DNA from: Chrysiogenia bacterium
GTDB lineage: Bacteria; Acidobacteriota; Aminicenantia; UBA2199
Assembly: GCA_043826505.1 (NCBI GenBank)
Contig: JBDRQC010000008.1
Span: forward strand, 114,125-178,124
Length of the DNA stretch: 64,000 nt
Direction of reading: 5' to 3'
A model generated the notes under the pieces. It had not been told where the DNA came from and ran no database searches. It worked only from the letters and a program-made list of their open reading frames with translations. The translations under genes and the position numbers were made by a program. Each line of letters begins with the position of its first letter. Position 1 is the stretch's first letter. Positions 8,602 to 17,824 of this stretch are shown piece after piece.

Positions 8602-10587
8602 ATGATCAGCCTGCAGAATATCGGCCTGACCTTCAACGACAAAATTATTTTCGCGAAAATTTCCTGGCTGATCACTGAAAGGAGCCGCATCGGCCTGGTC
8701 GGCAACAACGGCACCGGCAAAACCACGCTGTTCAGGGCCATCAAAGGAGGAACCTCCCTGGACGACGGAATGATCGAGATCGCCAAGAACAGAAGCATCG
8801 GCTACCTGCCCCAGGACCTGGTCGAGCTGGAGCCCCTGCCGGTCATGGAGTACCTGAAAAGGAAAACAGGCCATGAACTGCTGGAAAAGAACATCAGGAA
8901 TTACCAGGACAAGATCGCCGGCGGCGACCACCGCGAGGCCGGTTTTGCCGCTGATCTAAAAAAATACGATGCCGCGGCGGAAGCATTCCTGGTCCGGGAC
9001 GGCTACGGCTTTGAAGCCCGGGCCCGGCGCATCCTCAAAGGCCTGGGTTTCCATTCCGGCGCTGATGAAAAAAACTGCCGCGATTTTTCCGGCGGCTGGA
9101 AAATGAGGATATTCCTGGCCGTCATCCTGCTCGCCGAGCCGGATATCATGCTCCTGGACGAACCGACCAATCACCTGGACACAGAAAGCATGGAATGGCT
9201 TGAAAATTATCTTAGAAATTACAGCGGCACCCTGATGGCCATTTCCCATGACCACATGTTCCTGGACAAGATGGTCAATCAGATCGCTGAACTGGATCGG
9301 GGCAAGATCACCATTTACAAGGGGAATTATTCACATTACCTCAAGGAAAAAGAGAAAAGGACAATTGCCCTGCAAAAGCGGCGCGAGCTGCAAAAAGCCG
9401 AGATCAATCGCATCCAGGCTTATATAGACCGTTTTCGAGCCAAAGCCAGCAAGGCTTCCGAAGTTCAGAGCCGCATCAAGCAATTGGAAAAGTTTGACCT
9501 GGTCCCCGCAGGCGAAAAAACCAGAAAGGTTAATTTCCGCTTTCCGGAAGCAAAACGCAGCGGCAAAGAGGTTCTCAGCGTCAGGGAATTGGCTAAAAAT
9601 TATGGAAAACTATCCGTTTTTTCCAATATCAATTTCACGGTAAGCCGCGGCGAAAAGATCGCTCTTCTTGGTGTAAATGGAGCCGGAAAATCCACCCTGG
9701 CTCGTATTCTGGCCCAGAAGGAAAAGCCCAGCCATGGATCAGTGCAATGGGGCTTTCAGGTGAAGCCGGCCTTTTTTTCCCAGGAAAGCCAGCAGAATGT
9801 AACCTACGGACGCTCGATCTGGCAAGAGGTACGAGATTGCGAAAGCCAGGCCAGCGACCTGGAAATGAGGAACTTGCTGGGAGCCTTCCTTTTCTCCGGA
9901 GACGACATCCACAAACCTGTGGCCGTGCTTTCGGGCGGAGAAAAGAGCCGCCTGGCCCTGGTTAAGATCCTGCTGCGCGACAGCAACTGCCTGATCCTCG
10001 ACGAGCCGACCAATCACCTGGACGTCAAGACCAAAGACATTTTCCAAAACGCCCTGCTGCACTATTCCGGGACCATCATCATTGTTTCCCACGACCGCTA
10101 TTTTCTGGACCACCTGGTGCAGCGCGTTTTCGAGATCCGCAATGGAAGCTTGCATGAATATATGGGCAATTACTCTTATTTCATAGAGAAGCGAGACGCG
10201 GAAAGGGCTGTAGCCGCGCAATGCGTACTTGCGGAAACAGGTTGCGCTGAAGTAGCGGGAACTGAGTTGGGGTCACTCCCCCCCGGCCCAAAAAAAACTG
10301 ATAAGTCCCGGGAACTGCGCCGCCTGGAAGCCGAACAAAGGAACCAGCGTGGAAAGATCAAAAAGGACATCGCCCGTAAACTTCATAAACTTGAAACGGA
10401 GATATTGGAGTTGGAAACCATCAAAACCCGGAATCAGGAGCAGTTGTGCGATCCGGAGTTATTGCGGGATTCGGCCCGCATCAAGCCGCTGATGCAGGAG
10501 TTGAACCGCGCCAAACGCCGCCTTGAAGAACTATTGCCTTACTGGGAGGAGTTGATGCATCGCCTGGATGAACTCGAAAATAAATAA
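8602..10587 (+). CDS. ABC-F family ATP-binding protein with C-terminal coiled coil (Uup/YheS-like)
   Basis: Two NBDs (GNNGTGKT, GVNGAGKS; FSGGWK, LSGGEK; LDEPTNHLD twice), no TM segments, coiled-coil tail. Confidence 0.9.
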   Translation: MISLQNIGLTFNDKIIFAKISWLITERSRIGLVGNNGTGKTTLFRAIKGGTSLDDGMIEIAKNRSIGYLPQDLVELEPLPVMEYLKRKTGHELLEKNIRNYQDKIAGGDHREAGFAADLKKYDAAAEAFLVRDGYGFEARARRILKGLGFHSGADEKNCRDFSGGWKMRIFLAVILLAEPDIMLLDEPTNHLDTESMEWLENYLRNYSGTLMAISHDHMFLDKMVNQIAELDRGKITIYKGNYSHYLKEKEKRTIALQKRRELQKAEINRIQAYIDRFRAKASKASEVQSRIKQLEKFDLVPAGEKTRKVNFRFPEAKRSGKEVLSVRELAKNYGKLSVFSNINFTVSRGEKIALLGVNGAGKSTLARILAQKEKPSHGSVQWGFQVKPAFFSQESQQNVTYGRSIWQEVRDCESQASDLEMRNLLGAFLFSGDDIHKPVAVLSGGEKSRLALVKILLRDSNCLILDEPTNHLDVKTKDIFQNALLHYSGTIIIVSHDRYFLDHLVQRVFEIRNGSLHEYMGNYSYFIEKRDAERAVAAQCVLAETGCAEVAGTELGSLPPGPKKTDKSRELRRLEAEQRNQRGKIKKDIARKLHKLETEILELETIKTRNQEQLCDPELLRDSARIKPLMQELNRAKRRLEELLPYWEELMHRLDELENK

Positions 10588-10601
10588 AATATCGTTACTA
10601 C

Positions 10602-10657
10602 GTAGGGCAGGCCTCCGTGCCTGCCCTTTCACACGGAGGGCGGACATCCGCCCCTAC
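10602..10657. repeat. GTAG-family REP doublet (REPIN-like)
   Basis: GTAG-GGCAGG...CCTGCCCT hairpin, followed by GGGCGGA-CA-TCCGCCC-CTAC. Confidence 0.75.
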
Positions 10658-10721
10658 AGAAATTGGGCACAGGGAATTACATTAAGATCGCCCATTATGA
10701 TAGAATCTCACAGGAGGATAC

Positions 10722-11465
10722 ATGATTAAAAAAACATTAATGGTCCTGATGATTCTGGCATTACTTGGAACCCTAGCTCCGGCACAGACGCCGGAAGATC
10801 TTATCGCTGAAGGAGACGCCTTGTACGCCATGCGACAGGATCCGCTCCTGGCCGTCCAAGCGCTGGCCAAATACCAGGAAGCCCTGCGCCTGGCACCCGA
10901 TCATTATGAAGCGCTTTGGAAGAACGCAAAGATTATGTATTATGTCGGCGATAATTCCACCGACAAAAAGGAAAAACTGAAGATATTCAAGGAGGCCATG
11001 GATATCTGCAAAAAAGCAGTCGCGCTCAGGCCCAACGACGTCGCAGGCCACTATTGGCTGGGTGTGCATACCGGCATGTACGGAGAAACCCGGGGCGTAC
11101 TCAAGTCACTGTTCCTCAAGGGCGACATAATCTCTGCAATGAACAAGGCCATCGCCATCAATGGCAGCTACGAAAACGGCGGCGCTTACTGTGTTCTCGG
11201 TCGGCTGTATTTCAAAGTGCCCGGCCTTTTCGGCGGCAGCAACAAGAAGTCGCGCCTGAACCTGGAAAAGTGCCGGCAGATCGCCCCTAAAAATTCGGTT
11301 AATCTGCTGTTTCTGGCCGAGACCTACTGGGCACTGGACGAGGAAAAGCTGGCTGTCCAGACACTTCAGGAGCTTTTAAGCATGGAACCCGATCCGCAGT
11401 TGATCCCGGAAACCGAAAAAGACAAGGTCGAAGGGCAGAAATTGCTCAAAAAATATTCAAAATAG
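10722..11465 (+). CDS. Secreted tetratricopeptide-repeat protein (TatT/RMDN-like)
   Basis: Signal peptide, helical repeats (GHYWLGVHTG, GGAYCVLGRLYFKVPGLFGG). SD AGGAGG. Confidence 0.65.
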   Translation: MIKKTLMVLMILALLGTLAPAQTPEDLIAEGDALYAMRQDPLLAVQALAKYQEALRLAPDHYEALWKNAKIMYYVGDNSTDKKEKLKIFKEAMDICKKAVALRPNDVAGHYWLGVHTGMYGETRGVLKSLFLKGDIISAMNKAIAINGSYENGGAYCVLGRLYFKVPGLFGGSNKKSRLNLEKCRQIAPKNSVNLLFLAETYWALDEEKLAVQTLQELLSMEPDPQLIPETEKDKVEGQKLLKKYSK

Positions 11466-11511
11466 AGGATCCGCCCCTTGCAAAAAACTCGTTTTTGAGG
11501 TAAATTCGATA

Positions 11512-12600
11512 ATGGCAAACAAATATATCCTGGCAATCAATCCTGGATCAACTTCAACCAAGATCGCTATATTTCTTGGTGAAGAAAAAATTCTGGGCCA
11601 GAATATTTCGCACTCGACCGATGAATTGGCACCATTTCCCAGGATCATGGACCAGTACCATTTCCGGGAAAAAGTGATCCTCGATTTTTTAAAGGAGAAT
11701 ACTTTTGACATTAACCTGCTGGCGGCCGTGGTCGGCCGGGGCGGGTTGCTGACTCCCATGGCCTCCGGTACCTACCTGGTCAATGATGAAATGATCGATT
11801 ATTTAAAAAATAACAAAATGGAGCACGCTTCCAATCTGGGAGCATTGCTGGCCAGCGATATCGCCAGGATCGTCCCGGTCGACGCTTTCATTGTCGATCC
11901 GGTTGTGGTGGATGAAATGGCTGATATCGCCAGGATTACCGGTTTGCCGGAAATACGCCGCGTCAGCATTTTTCATGCCCTTAACCAGAAAGCGGCGGCC
12001 CGTGAGGCGGCTAAAAAAATCGGCAAATCCTACCAGAATTGCCGGCTGATCGTCGCCCATTTAGGAGGCGGCATTTCCATCGGCGCCCATCTCAACGGCC
12101 GGGTGATAGATGTAAATAACGCCCTGAACGGCGACGGGCCCTTCGCGCCCGAGCGCGCCGGTTCGCTGCCCAGCTGGAGCTTGATAGAAATGGCGCTTTC
12201 CGGAAAATACAACTGGGTCGCACTCAAGAAAAAAATCACCGGCCTGGGCGGCATTGTCGCCCATCTCAAAATAAACGACATGAGAAAAGTGGAAGAACTG
12301 GTCAAGGCCGGCGACCGCGACGCCTCTCTGATCTTTGAAGCCATGGCCTACAATGTGGCCAAGGAGATCGGCTCGCTGGCCCCGGTGCTGGATGGGAAAA
12401 TAGATGCCATCGTTCTGACCGGCGGCATCGCCTACGACCAGTATTTCGTCGAACTCATCCGCCACCGCGTCGAATTCCTGGCCCAACTGATAGTCCTGCC
12501 CGGAGAGGATGAATTGCCGGCATTGGCCCAGGGTGCACTGCGCGTTTTAAATGGAGAAGAAGCCCATAAACACTGGACATATTCAGGAGGAATGAAATGA
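11512..12600 (+). CDS. buk: Butyrate / branched-chain fatty-acid kinase
   Basis: ILAINPGSTSTKIA, VGRGG, HASNLG, FHALNQKA, AHLGGGISIG, LTGGIAY. Confidence 0.95.
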   Translation: MANKYILAINPGSTSTKIAIFLGEEKILGQNISHSTDELAPFPRIMDQYHFREKVILDFLKENTFDINLLAAVVGRGGLLTPMASGTYLVNDEMIDYLKNNKMEHASNLGALLASDIARIVPVDAFIVDPVVVDEMADIARITGLPEIRRVSIFHALNQKAAAREAAKKIGKSYQNCRLIVAHLGGGISIGAHLNGRVIDVNNALNGDGPFAPERAGSLPSWSLIEMALSGKYNWVALKKKITGLGGIVAHLKINDMRKVEELVKAGDRDASLIFEAMAYNVAKEIGSLAPVLDGKIDAIVLTGGIAYDQYFVELIRHRVEFLAQLIVLPGEDELPALAQGALRVLNGEEAHKHWTYSGGMK

Positions 12601-13502
12601 ACCCGATGCGCAAGTTGAGTGAAATTGAAAACCTGGTGAAAACAAAGAAAAATTACAAAATGGCCGTGGCCTTCGGCCAGGATGAAGACACAATCCTGGC
12701 AACCAGGCGCGCCGTGAGCGAAAAGATCGTCGACGCAATCCTGATCGGCGATGAAAAAGTCATTCGCGCTGTATGCGCCAAATTGAAGATTGATCCCGGC
12801 CTTTTTGAGATCGTGCATGAGCCCGATGAAAAAAAGAGCGGTGACAGGGCCGTGCGCATGATCATCGACGGTAAAGCCGACCTGCTGATGAAAGGCCTGA
12901 TCTCCACGCCATATTATTTGAAACCCATACTGAACAAGGAATACAACCTGGTGGCCAAGAACGGCGTCCTGTCGCATACGGCGATCCTGGAAATCCCCAC
13001 CTACGATAAGCTGCTGCTGGTCTCCGACGTGGCCATGATCCCCTATCCCGACCTGAACCAGAAAGTGCAGATGATCAATTATAACATCAAGATCGCAGCC
13101 AAGCTGGGCATCGAAAATCCCAAGGTGGCCATCCTTACGGCCAACGAAAAGGTCTCGGACAAGATGCCCTGCACCTTGGAAGCTGCGGTGATTGCCAAGA
13201 TGGCCGAGCGCAAGCAGATCAAAGGCGGCATCGTTGACGGCCCGCTGGCCCTGGACGTGGCTATTTCCAAGCATGCCCTGGAAATCAAGGGTTTGCAATC
13301 GCCGGTGGAAGGCTACGCCGATATACTGATCATGCCCACCATCGAAGCAGGCAACATTTTTTACAAGGCCACCACCCTGCTGGCCAAAGGCAAGCTGGCC
13401 GCCGTGGTCACAGGGGCTGCCTTCCCGGCCATTCTGACTTCCCGGGCCGACGATGACGATTCAAAGTACTATTCAATAGTGCTTGCAGCAGCCTTAGTCT
13501 GA
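12597..13502 (+). CDS. ptb: Phosphate butyryltransferase / branched-chain phosphotransacylase
   Basis: LMKGLIST, VDGPLALDVA, ADILIMPTIEAGNIFYK, LTSRAD. Overlaps the buk stop (ATGA). Confidence 0.9.
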   Translation: MNPMRKLSEIENLVKTKKNYKMAVAFGQDEDTILATRRAVSEKIVDAILIGDEKVIRAVCAKLKIDPGLFEIVHEPDEKKSGDRAVRMIIDGKADLLMKGLISTPYYLKPILNKEYNLVAKNGVLSHTAILEIPTYDKLLLVSDVAMIPYPDLNQKVQMINYNIKIAAKLGIENPKVAILTANEKVSDKMPCTLEAAVIAKMAERKQIKGGIVDGPLALDVAISKHALEIKGLQSPVEGYADILIMPTIEAGNIFYKATTLLAKGKLAAVVTGAAFPAILTSRADDDDSKYYSIVLAAALV

Positions 13503-13510
13503 ATAGTACT

Positions 13511-13666
13511 TGGTGGACGGTAGACGGTGTACGGCCTACGGTTAAAAACCAAAACGAAATAAAGACAGTATTTTTTGTTTTTATCTTCTACCATTAATCG
13601 TTTATGGTATACAAAGTTCGTTTTAGTGCCTTGCCGTCAACCGTATACCGTAAACCGTGTACCGAG
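13511..13666. repeat. ACGG-heptamer inverted-repeat element
   Basis: ACGG at 13517/13524/13531/13538; CCGT at 13634/13641/13648/13655 and CCGA at 13662. Lies between convergent genes. Confidence 0.85.
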
Positions 13667-13668
13667 AT

Positions 13669-14469
13669 CTATTCTTTCTCATCAGCGAACCCCAACGGCT
13701 TCTCTTCAAAGCCGGCCGGGATCTCAAAGAATGAAGCTGGGAAATTCTTGCTGCCCAGTGAGAGGACTTCCATGGTGGTGCGGCTCTTTTCCTTGGCCCG
13801 GCCCTTCTTGTCGATGGAAGTGTTCACCGTGATCATTTTTAAGGGAAACCCCAACTGGGCCTCGGCCTTCATCTGTGTTTCGATCAGGTTGTCCAGGTCT
13901 TCCATGCCGGTCTTGAAGTCGCGGAAGCGGAAAGCTTCAGCCACTTCGGCCATGCCTTTGAACTTGGGAGTGGACCAAACCTCTTTTTCGATCTTCTCGT
14001 GGCTTTTACTCTTGATGATGGCAATCTTCACTTCCATGTCGTATTCCACCAACAACTTGCTGTGCTGGCAGGGCAGGCCCAGGATCGTTTCCGTTCCCAG
14101 CTTTTCGCTGTTGAGCACCGGGTTCTTGATCTTGATCTTGACCAGCTTGCCAACCACGCCGGCCATTTGCATGATGGCATTCAAGGGCAGCCGGGAATAA
14201 GTCTTTTCGGCGGGGTTGACCAGGTAGAGGGTACTGTCAGCGGCCTTGAACAGCCAGTACGAGCCCTTTTGGAACATTTCGTTCTCGTAGGCCACGCTCT
14301 CGAACACCTGCTTGACATTGCCGCCGGCGGCATAAACCTGCATGACGATCGTATTGCTCTGCCCCTTGGCCTGGGCCTGGGTCAAGGTCCTGGCCCGCCA
14401 TTCCACTCCGGCGAAAACGGTCATAGCAAAAATGAAAATAAGAAAAATAACGAAAATCGTTTTTTTCAT
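13669..14469 (-). CDS. Secreted DUF4412-like protein
   Basis: Signal peptide MKKTIFVIF..., LYLVNPAEKTY, LGTETILGLPC, FFEIPAGFE tail typical of DUF4412. Start placed after SD GGAGG. Confidence 0.7.
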   Translation of the reverse strand: MKKTIFVIFLIFIFAMTVFAGVEWRARTLTQAQAKGQSNTIVMQVYAAGGNVKQVFESVAYENEMFQKGSYWLFKAADSTLYLVNPAEKTYSRLPLNAIMQMAGVVGKLVKIKIKNPVLNSEKLGTETILGLPCQHSKLLVEYDMEVKIAIIKSKSHEKIEKEVWSTPKFKGMAEVAEAFRFRDFKTGMEDLDNLIETQMKAEAQLGFPLKMITVNTSIDKKGRAKEKSRTTMEVLSLGSKNFPASFFEIPAGFEEKPLGFADEKE

Positions 14470-14525
14470 TGAAATCCCTCCTTGGCGCTTTGTAAATATT
14501 ATACCGCAAATGACAATAAAAATAC

Positions 14526-14676
14526 AGGGAAGAGAGAGTGAAAACAAAGGGCAAGCAGAGGGAAGAAAGAAAATAAAAACAATTTAGAAAGTACTTAATA
14601 AATTTTTTTATAGCTCGTAATACTCATGACTTTTTCTTCCCTTTCTCCTCCCTCATTTTTCCCTCTTTCTTCCCTT
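14526..14676. repeat. GGGAAGA purine/pyrimidine inverted-repeat element
   Basis: AGGGAAGAAAGA (14559-14570) is complementary to TCTTTCTTCCCT (14665-14676), with multiple GGGAAG/CTTCCC units. Confidence 0.7.
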
Positions 14677-16043
14677 TATGAGATCACTACGGTTTTAATG
14701 TTCACGAATTCCTTGATGCCATAAGCGGATAATTCCCTGCCGAAGCCCGACATTTTCACCCCACCGAAAGGCAGGCGCGGATCGGACCTGACCATGCCGT
14801 TGATAAAAACCATGCCGGCGTCGATTAGCGCCGCCATTTTTTCCCCCCTGGATTGATCCTGGGTCCAGACGGAAGCTCCCAGGCCGAAAGCAGTATCGTT
14901 GGCGATGCGCAAGGCGTCTTCGTCGTCACGGGCGCTGATCAGGGCGGCCACAGGTCCGAACAATTCTTCTTCATAAGCCGGCATTCCAGGCTCCACCCCT
15001 GCCAGGATCGTCGGTTGGAAATAGAAACCCGGTCCCGGCCCCAGGCGTCCGCCCCCGGTAAGGACACGGGCGCCGCGACTTACCGACTCGGCGACCTGGC
15101 GCTCAAGCTCAAGCAGCAGGTCTTCCCGGGCCAATGGTCCCAGGTCGTTGCTTTCATCAAGTGGATCACCTGTCTTGAGCTTGGTCACGGCGGCAACAAA
15201 GTCCTTCTGAAAACGGTCGAATATGGCGTCCACGACGATGAAGCGCTTGGCGGCTATGCAGCTCTGACCGTTGTTGATCATGCGCGAACTTACGGCCGCG
15301 GCCACGCAGGGTTTCAGTTGGGCGTCGGCCATGACGATGAATGGATCGCTGCCGCCCAGCTCCAGGACGATTTTTTTCAGGCTCCTGCCGGCGGCAACGG
15401 CCACTTCACTGCCGGCCCGCTCGCTGCCGGTCAAGGTCACGGCCCGCAGCAAGGGATGGGCGACCAGCGCCTCGACCTGAGCCGAGCCGATGCGCAGGGT
15501 GGTGAATACTTGCTCAGGAAAACCGGCGCGGCTGAAAATCTCTTCGATGGCAGCGGCACAGCCCTGTACGTTGGCGGCGTGCTTGAGCAGGCAGACGTTT
15601 CCGGCCATCAGGGCCGGGGCGGCAAAACGAAAAACCTGCCAGAAGGGGAAATTCCAGGGCATGACCGCCAGAACCGCTCCCAGCGGATCGAAACGGACAT
15701 AAGCGGCATGGGCGTCGGCCAATATATTTTCGGGAGCGAGCATTGCCGCGGCGTTCTCGGCGTAATACCCGCAGACCAGGGCGCATTTTTCGATTTCCGC
15801 CTGCGCCTGCAGGGTGGGCTTGCCCATCTCCCTGCTCATCAGATCGGCCAAAGCTCTCTTTTGCGAGCGCAACAGATCGGCCGCTCCCAGCAGCAGCCGG
15901 GTTCGCTCGGCGAATCCTGTCTGTCTCCAAGCGCCGAAGGCCCGGTCGGCCTTTTCTACGGATGCTCCTACCTGGTCAACGGTTTGTTCGACATAACTTT
16001 CCAGTAATTCTCCGCTGGCCGGATTGATCGATTGCAGTGCCAT
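14676..16043 (-). CDS. NAD(P)-dependent succinate-semialdehyde dehydrogenase (Sad/GabD1-like)
   Basis: VMPWNFPFWQVFRFAAP, LKHA, LTGSE, LELGGSDPF, NNGQSCIAAKRF, EELFGP, PFGGVKMSGFGRELS. Confidence 0.9.
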   Translation of the reverse strand: MALQSINPASGELLESYVEQTVDQVGASVEKADRAFGAWRQTGFAERTRLLLGAADLLRSQKRALADLMSREMGKPTLQAQAEIEKCALVCGYYAENAAAMLAPENILADAHAAYVRFDPLGAVLAVMPWNFPFWQVFRFAAPALMAGNVCLLKHAANVQGCAAAIEEIFSRAGFPEQVFTTLRIGSAQVEALVAHPLLRAVTLTGSERAGSEVAVAAGRSLKKIVLELGGSDPFIVMADAQLKPCVAAAVSSRMINNGQSCIAAKRFIVVDAIFDRFQKDFVAAVTKLKTGDPLDESNDLGPLAREDLLLELERQVAESVSRGARVLTGGGRLGPGPGFYFQPTILAGVEPGMPAYEEELFGPVAALISARDDEDALRIANDTAFGLGASVWTQDQSRGEKMAALIDAGMVFINGMVRSDPRLPFGGVKMSGFGRELSAYGIKEFVNIKTVVIS

Positions 16044-16175
16044 GGTGGTCTCCTTCTAACTCGGTTCATATTTTAAGTAAATGCTTCACAAATTACAAAT
16101 GCGTGACAGTGACAGCAATAAAAAATCAAAATCGATGATTGCATTGCTGACTCAAACATCTGCACTAACATTACT

Positions 16176-16204
16176 TTGACACAACCCCCTGGCTTTGATA
16201 TAAA
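16176..16204 (+). promoter_or_regulatory. sigma70-type promoter of purF
   Basis: TTGACA (16176-16181), 17 bp, TATAAA (16199-16204). Confidence 0.7.
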
Positions 16205-16253
16205 TATGTTTCAGGTTTGCAACGTCTTGCACACGATCAACCAGGAGCACTAT

Positions 16254-17654
16254 ATGGGCGGATTTTTCGGAGTGGTATCAAAGGACAATTGTATTGCCGA
16301 TCTTTTTTACGGCACCGACTATCATTCCCACCTGGGAACGAAACGCGGCGGCATGGCCACTATAGGCAGCGACGGCTTCACACGCGTCATACACAACATC
16401 GAAAGCAGCCAGTTCCGGTCGAAATTCGACCCCGATCTCGTTCGCATGGGAGGCAGCAGCGGCATAGGCGTCATCAGCGACACCGACGATCAGCCGCTGC
16501 TAATCCGTTCTCATCTCGGCGACTACGCGATCGCGACGGTCGGGGTGGTGCAGAACGCCGAAGCGCTGACCGGGGAAGCGTTTCGCAACCGGCGCATGCA
16601 CCTCAGCGAAATGGGAAGCGGCGGCATCAATCCCACAGAGTTGGTCGCTTCACTCATTAACATGGAGGATAGTTTCGAGGCGGGCATCAGCCGCGCCCTG
16701 GCCGATATCGAAGGTTCCTGTTCGCTGCTCGTCCTGACCAGGACCGGGATCTATGCGGCCCGCGACCGGCGCGGACGCACGCCGGTCATCATCGGCCGGA
16801 AAGACGGCGCCATGGCCGTGACTTTAGAAACCTGCGCCTTTCCCAACCTGGATTACGAAACCGATATGACTCTGGGCCCGGGCGAGATAGTTTTTATTAC
16901 CGCTGAGGGCTGCGAACGCCGTAAAGAACCGGAGAGCCACATGCAGATCTGCAGTTTTATGTGGGTCTATTACGGTTATCCGGCATCAAGTTACGAAGGG
17001 ATCAACGTCGAAGCCGTACGCAATCGCTGCGGAGCGCTCCTGGCCCGCCGCTTTCCGGCCGCCATCGACTTCGTGGCCGGCATCCCCGATTCCGGGATCG
17101 GTCACGGCCTGGGTTACGCGAACGAGGCCCGCATTCCATTCAAACGGCCGTTCGTCAAATACTCCCCGACCTGGGCAAGAAGCTTCATGCCCCAGCATCA
17201 GGACATCAGGGATCTTGTCGCCTGCATGAAGCTGATTCCGGTCAGGGAATTGATCGAAGGGAAACGCATCCTGTTCTGCGAGGATTCCATCGTGCGCGGC
17301 ACCCAACTCAAGGACACCATCCAGCGTCTTTTGGACGCCGGTGCCGACGAAATCCACATGCGTCCCGCCTGTCCGCCATTGGTATTCAGCTGCAAATTTC
17401 TCAATTTTTCACGCTCGCGTTCGGAAATGGACTTGGCCTCCCGCCAGGCCGTGCGCTCCCTGGCCGGCCCGGACGCAAGCGACTTTAGCGAATACACCTG
17501 CGCCGGGACGGATAAATACAAAGGCATGGAAGAGTGGATCAGGAAGCGCCTGGGCCTGACCACGCTGAAGTACCAGGTCATTGACGACTTGATCACTGCC
17601 ATCGGCCTGCCGAAAGAAAAGCTCTGCACATACTGTTGGGACGGAGCCGAATAA
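16254..17654 (+). CDS. purF: Amidophosphoribosyltransferase, Bacteroides-like variant starting MGGFFG
   Basis: PRPP-binding ILFCEDSIVRGT, GIPDSG, Fe-S-type cysteines (QICSF, PACPP, SCKF, KLCTYCW). Start after SD AGGAG. Confidence 0.85.
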   Translation: MGGFFGVVSKDNCIADLFYGTDYHSHLGTKRGGMATIGSDGFTRVIHNIESSQFRSKFDPDLVRMGGSSGIGVISDTDDQPLLIRSHLGDYAIATVGVVQNAEALTGEAFRNRRMHLSEMGSGGINPTELVASLINMEDSFEAGISRALADIEGSCSLLVLTRTGIYAARDRRGRTPVIIGRKDGAMAVTLETCAFPNLDYETDMTLGPGEIVFITAEGCERRKEPESHMQICSFMWVYYGYPASSYEGINVEAVRNRCGALLARRFPAAIDFVAGIPDSGIGHGLGYANEARIPFKRPFVKYSPTWARSFMPQHQDIRDLVACMKLIPVRELIEGKRILFCEDSIVRGTQLKDTIQRLLDAGADEIHMRPACPPLVFSCKFLNFSRSRSEMDLASRQAVRSLAGPDASDFSEYTCAGTDKYKGMEEWIRKRLGLTTLKYQVIDDLITAIGLPKEKLCTYCWDGAE

Positions 17655-17824
17655 CAACGGCCATTGCTATCATGAATTTTTGGAGCTATCGCTTTTTCAT
17701 TTAAGCGACAATGAATACGGATTATTAAATGACTTGGAGCAGCGAAGGAAAATTTGACTGCCTTCCGGAAACCGTGTAAATATAGTAAGTGATCCTCAAA
17801 AAAAATGGAAAAGGAGAAACGCGC

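Noticed and set aside
8602-10587. ABC-F as an antibiotic-resistance (ARE) protein
   Set aside because: The layout with a C-terminal coiled coil fits housekeeping Uup/YheS-like proteins, with no mobile context or leader peptide seen.
17655-17790. Hairpin TCGCTT/AAGCGA as an intrinsic terminator
   Set aside because: Weak 6-bp stem with no U-tract.
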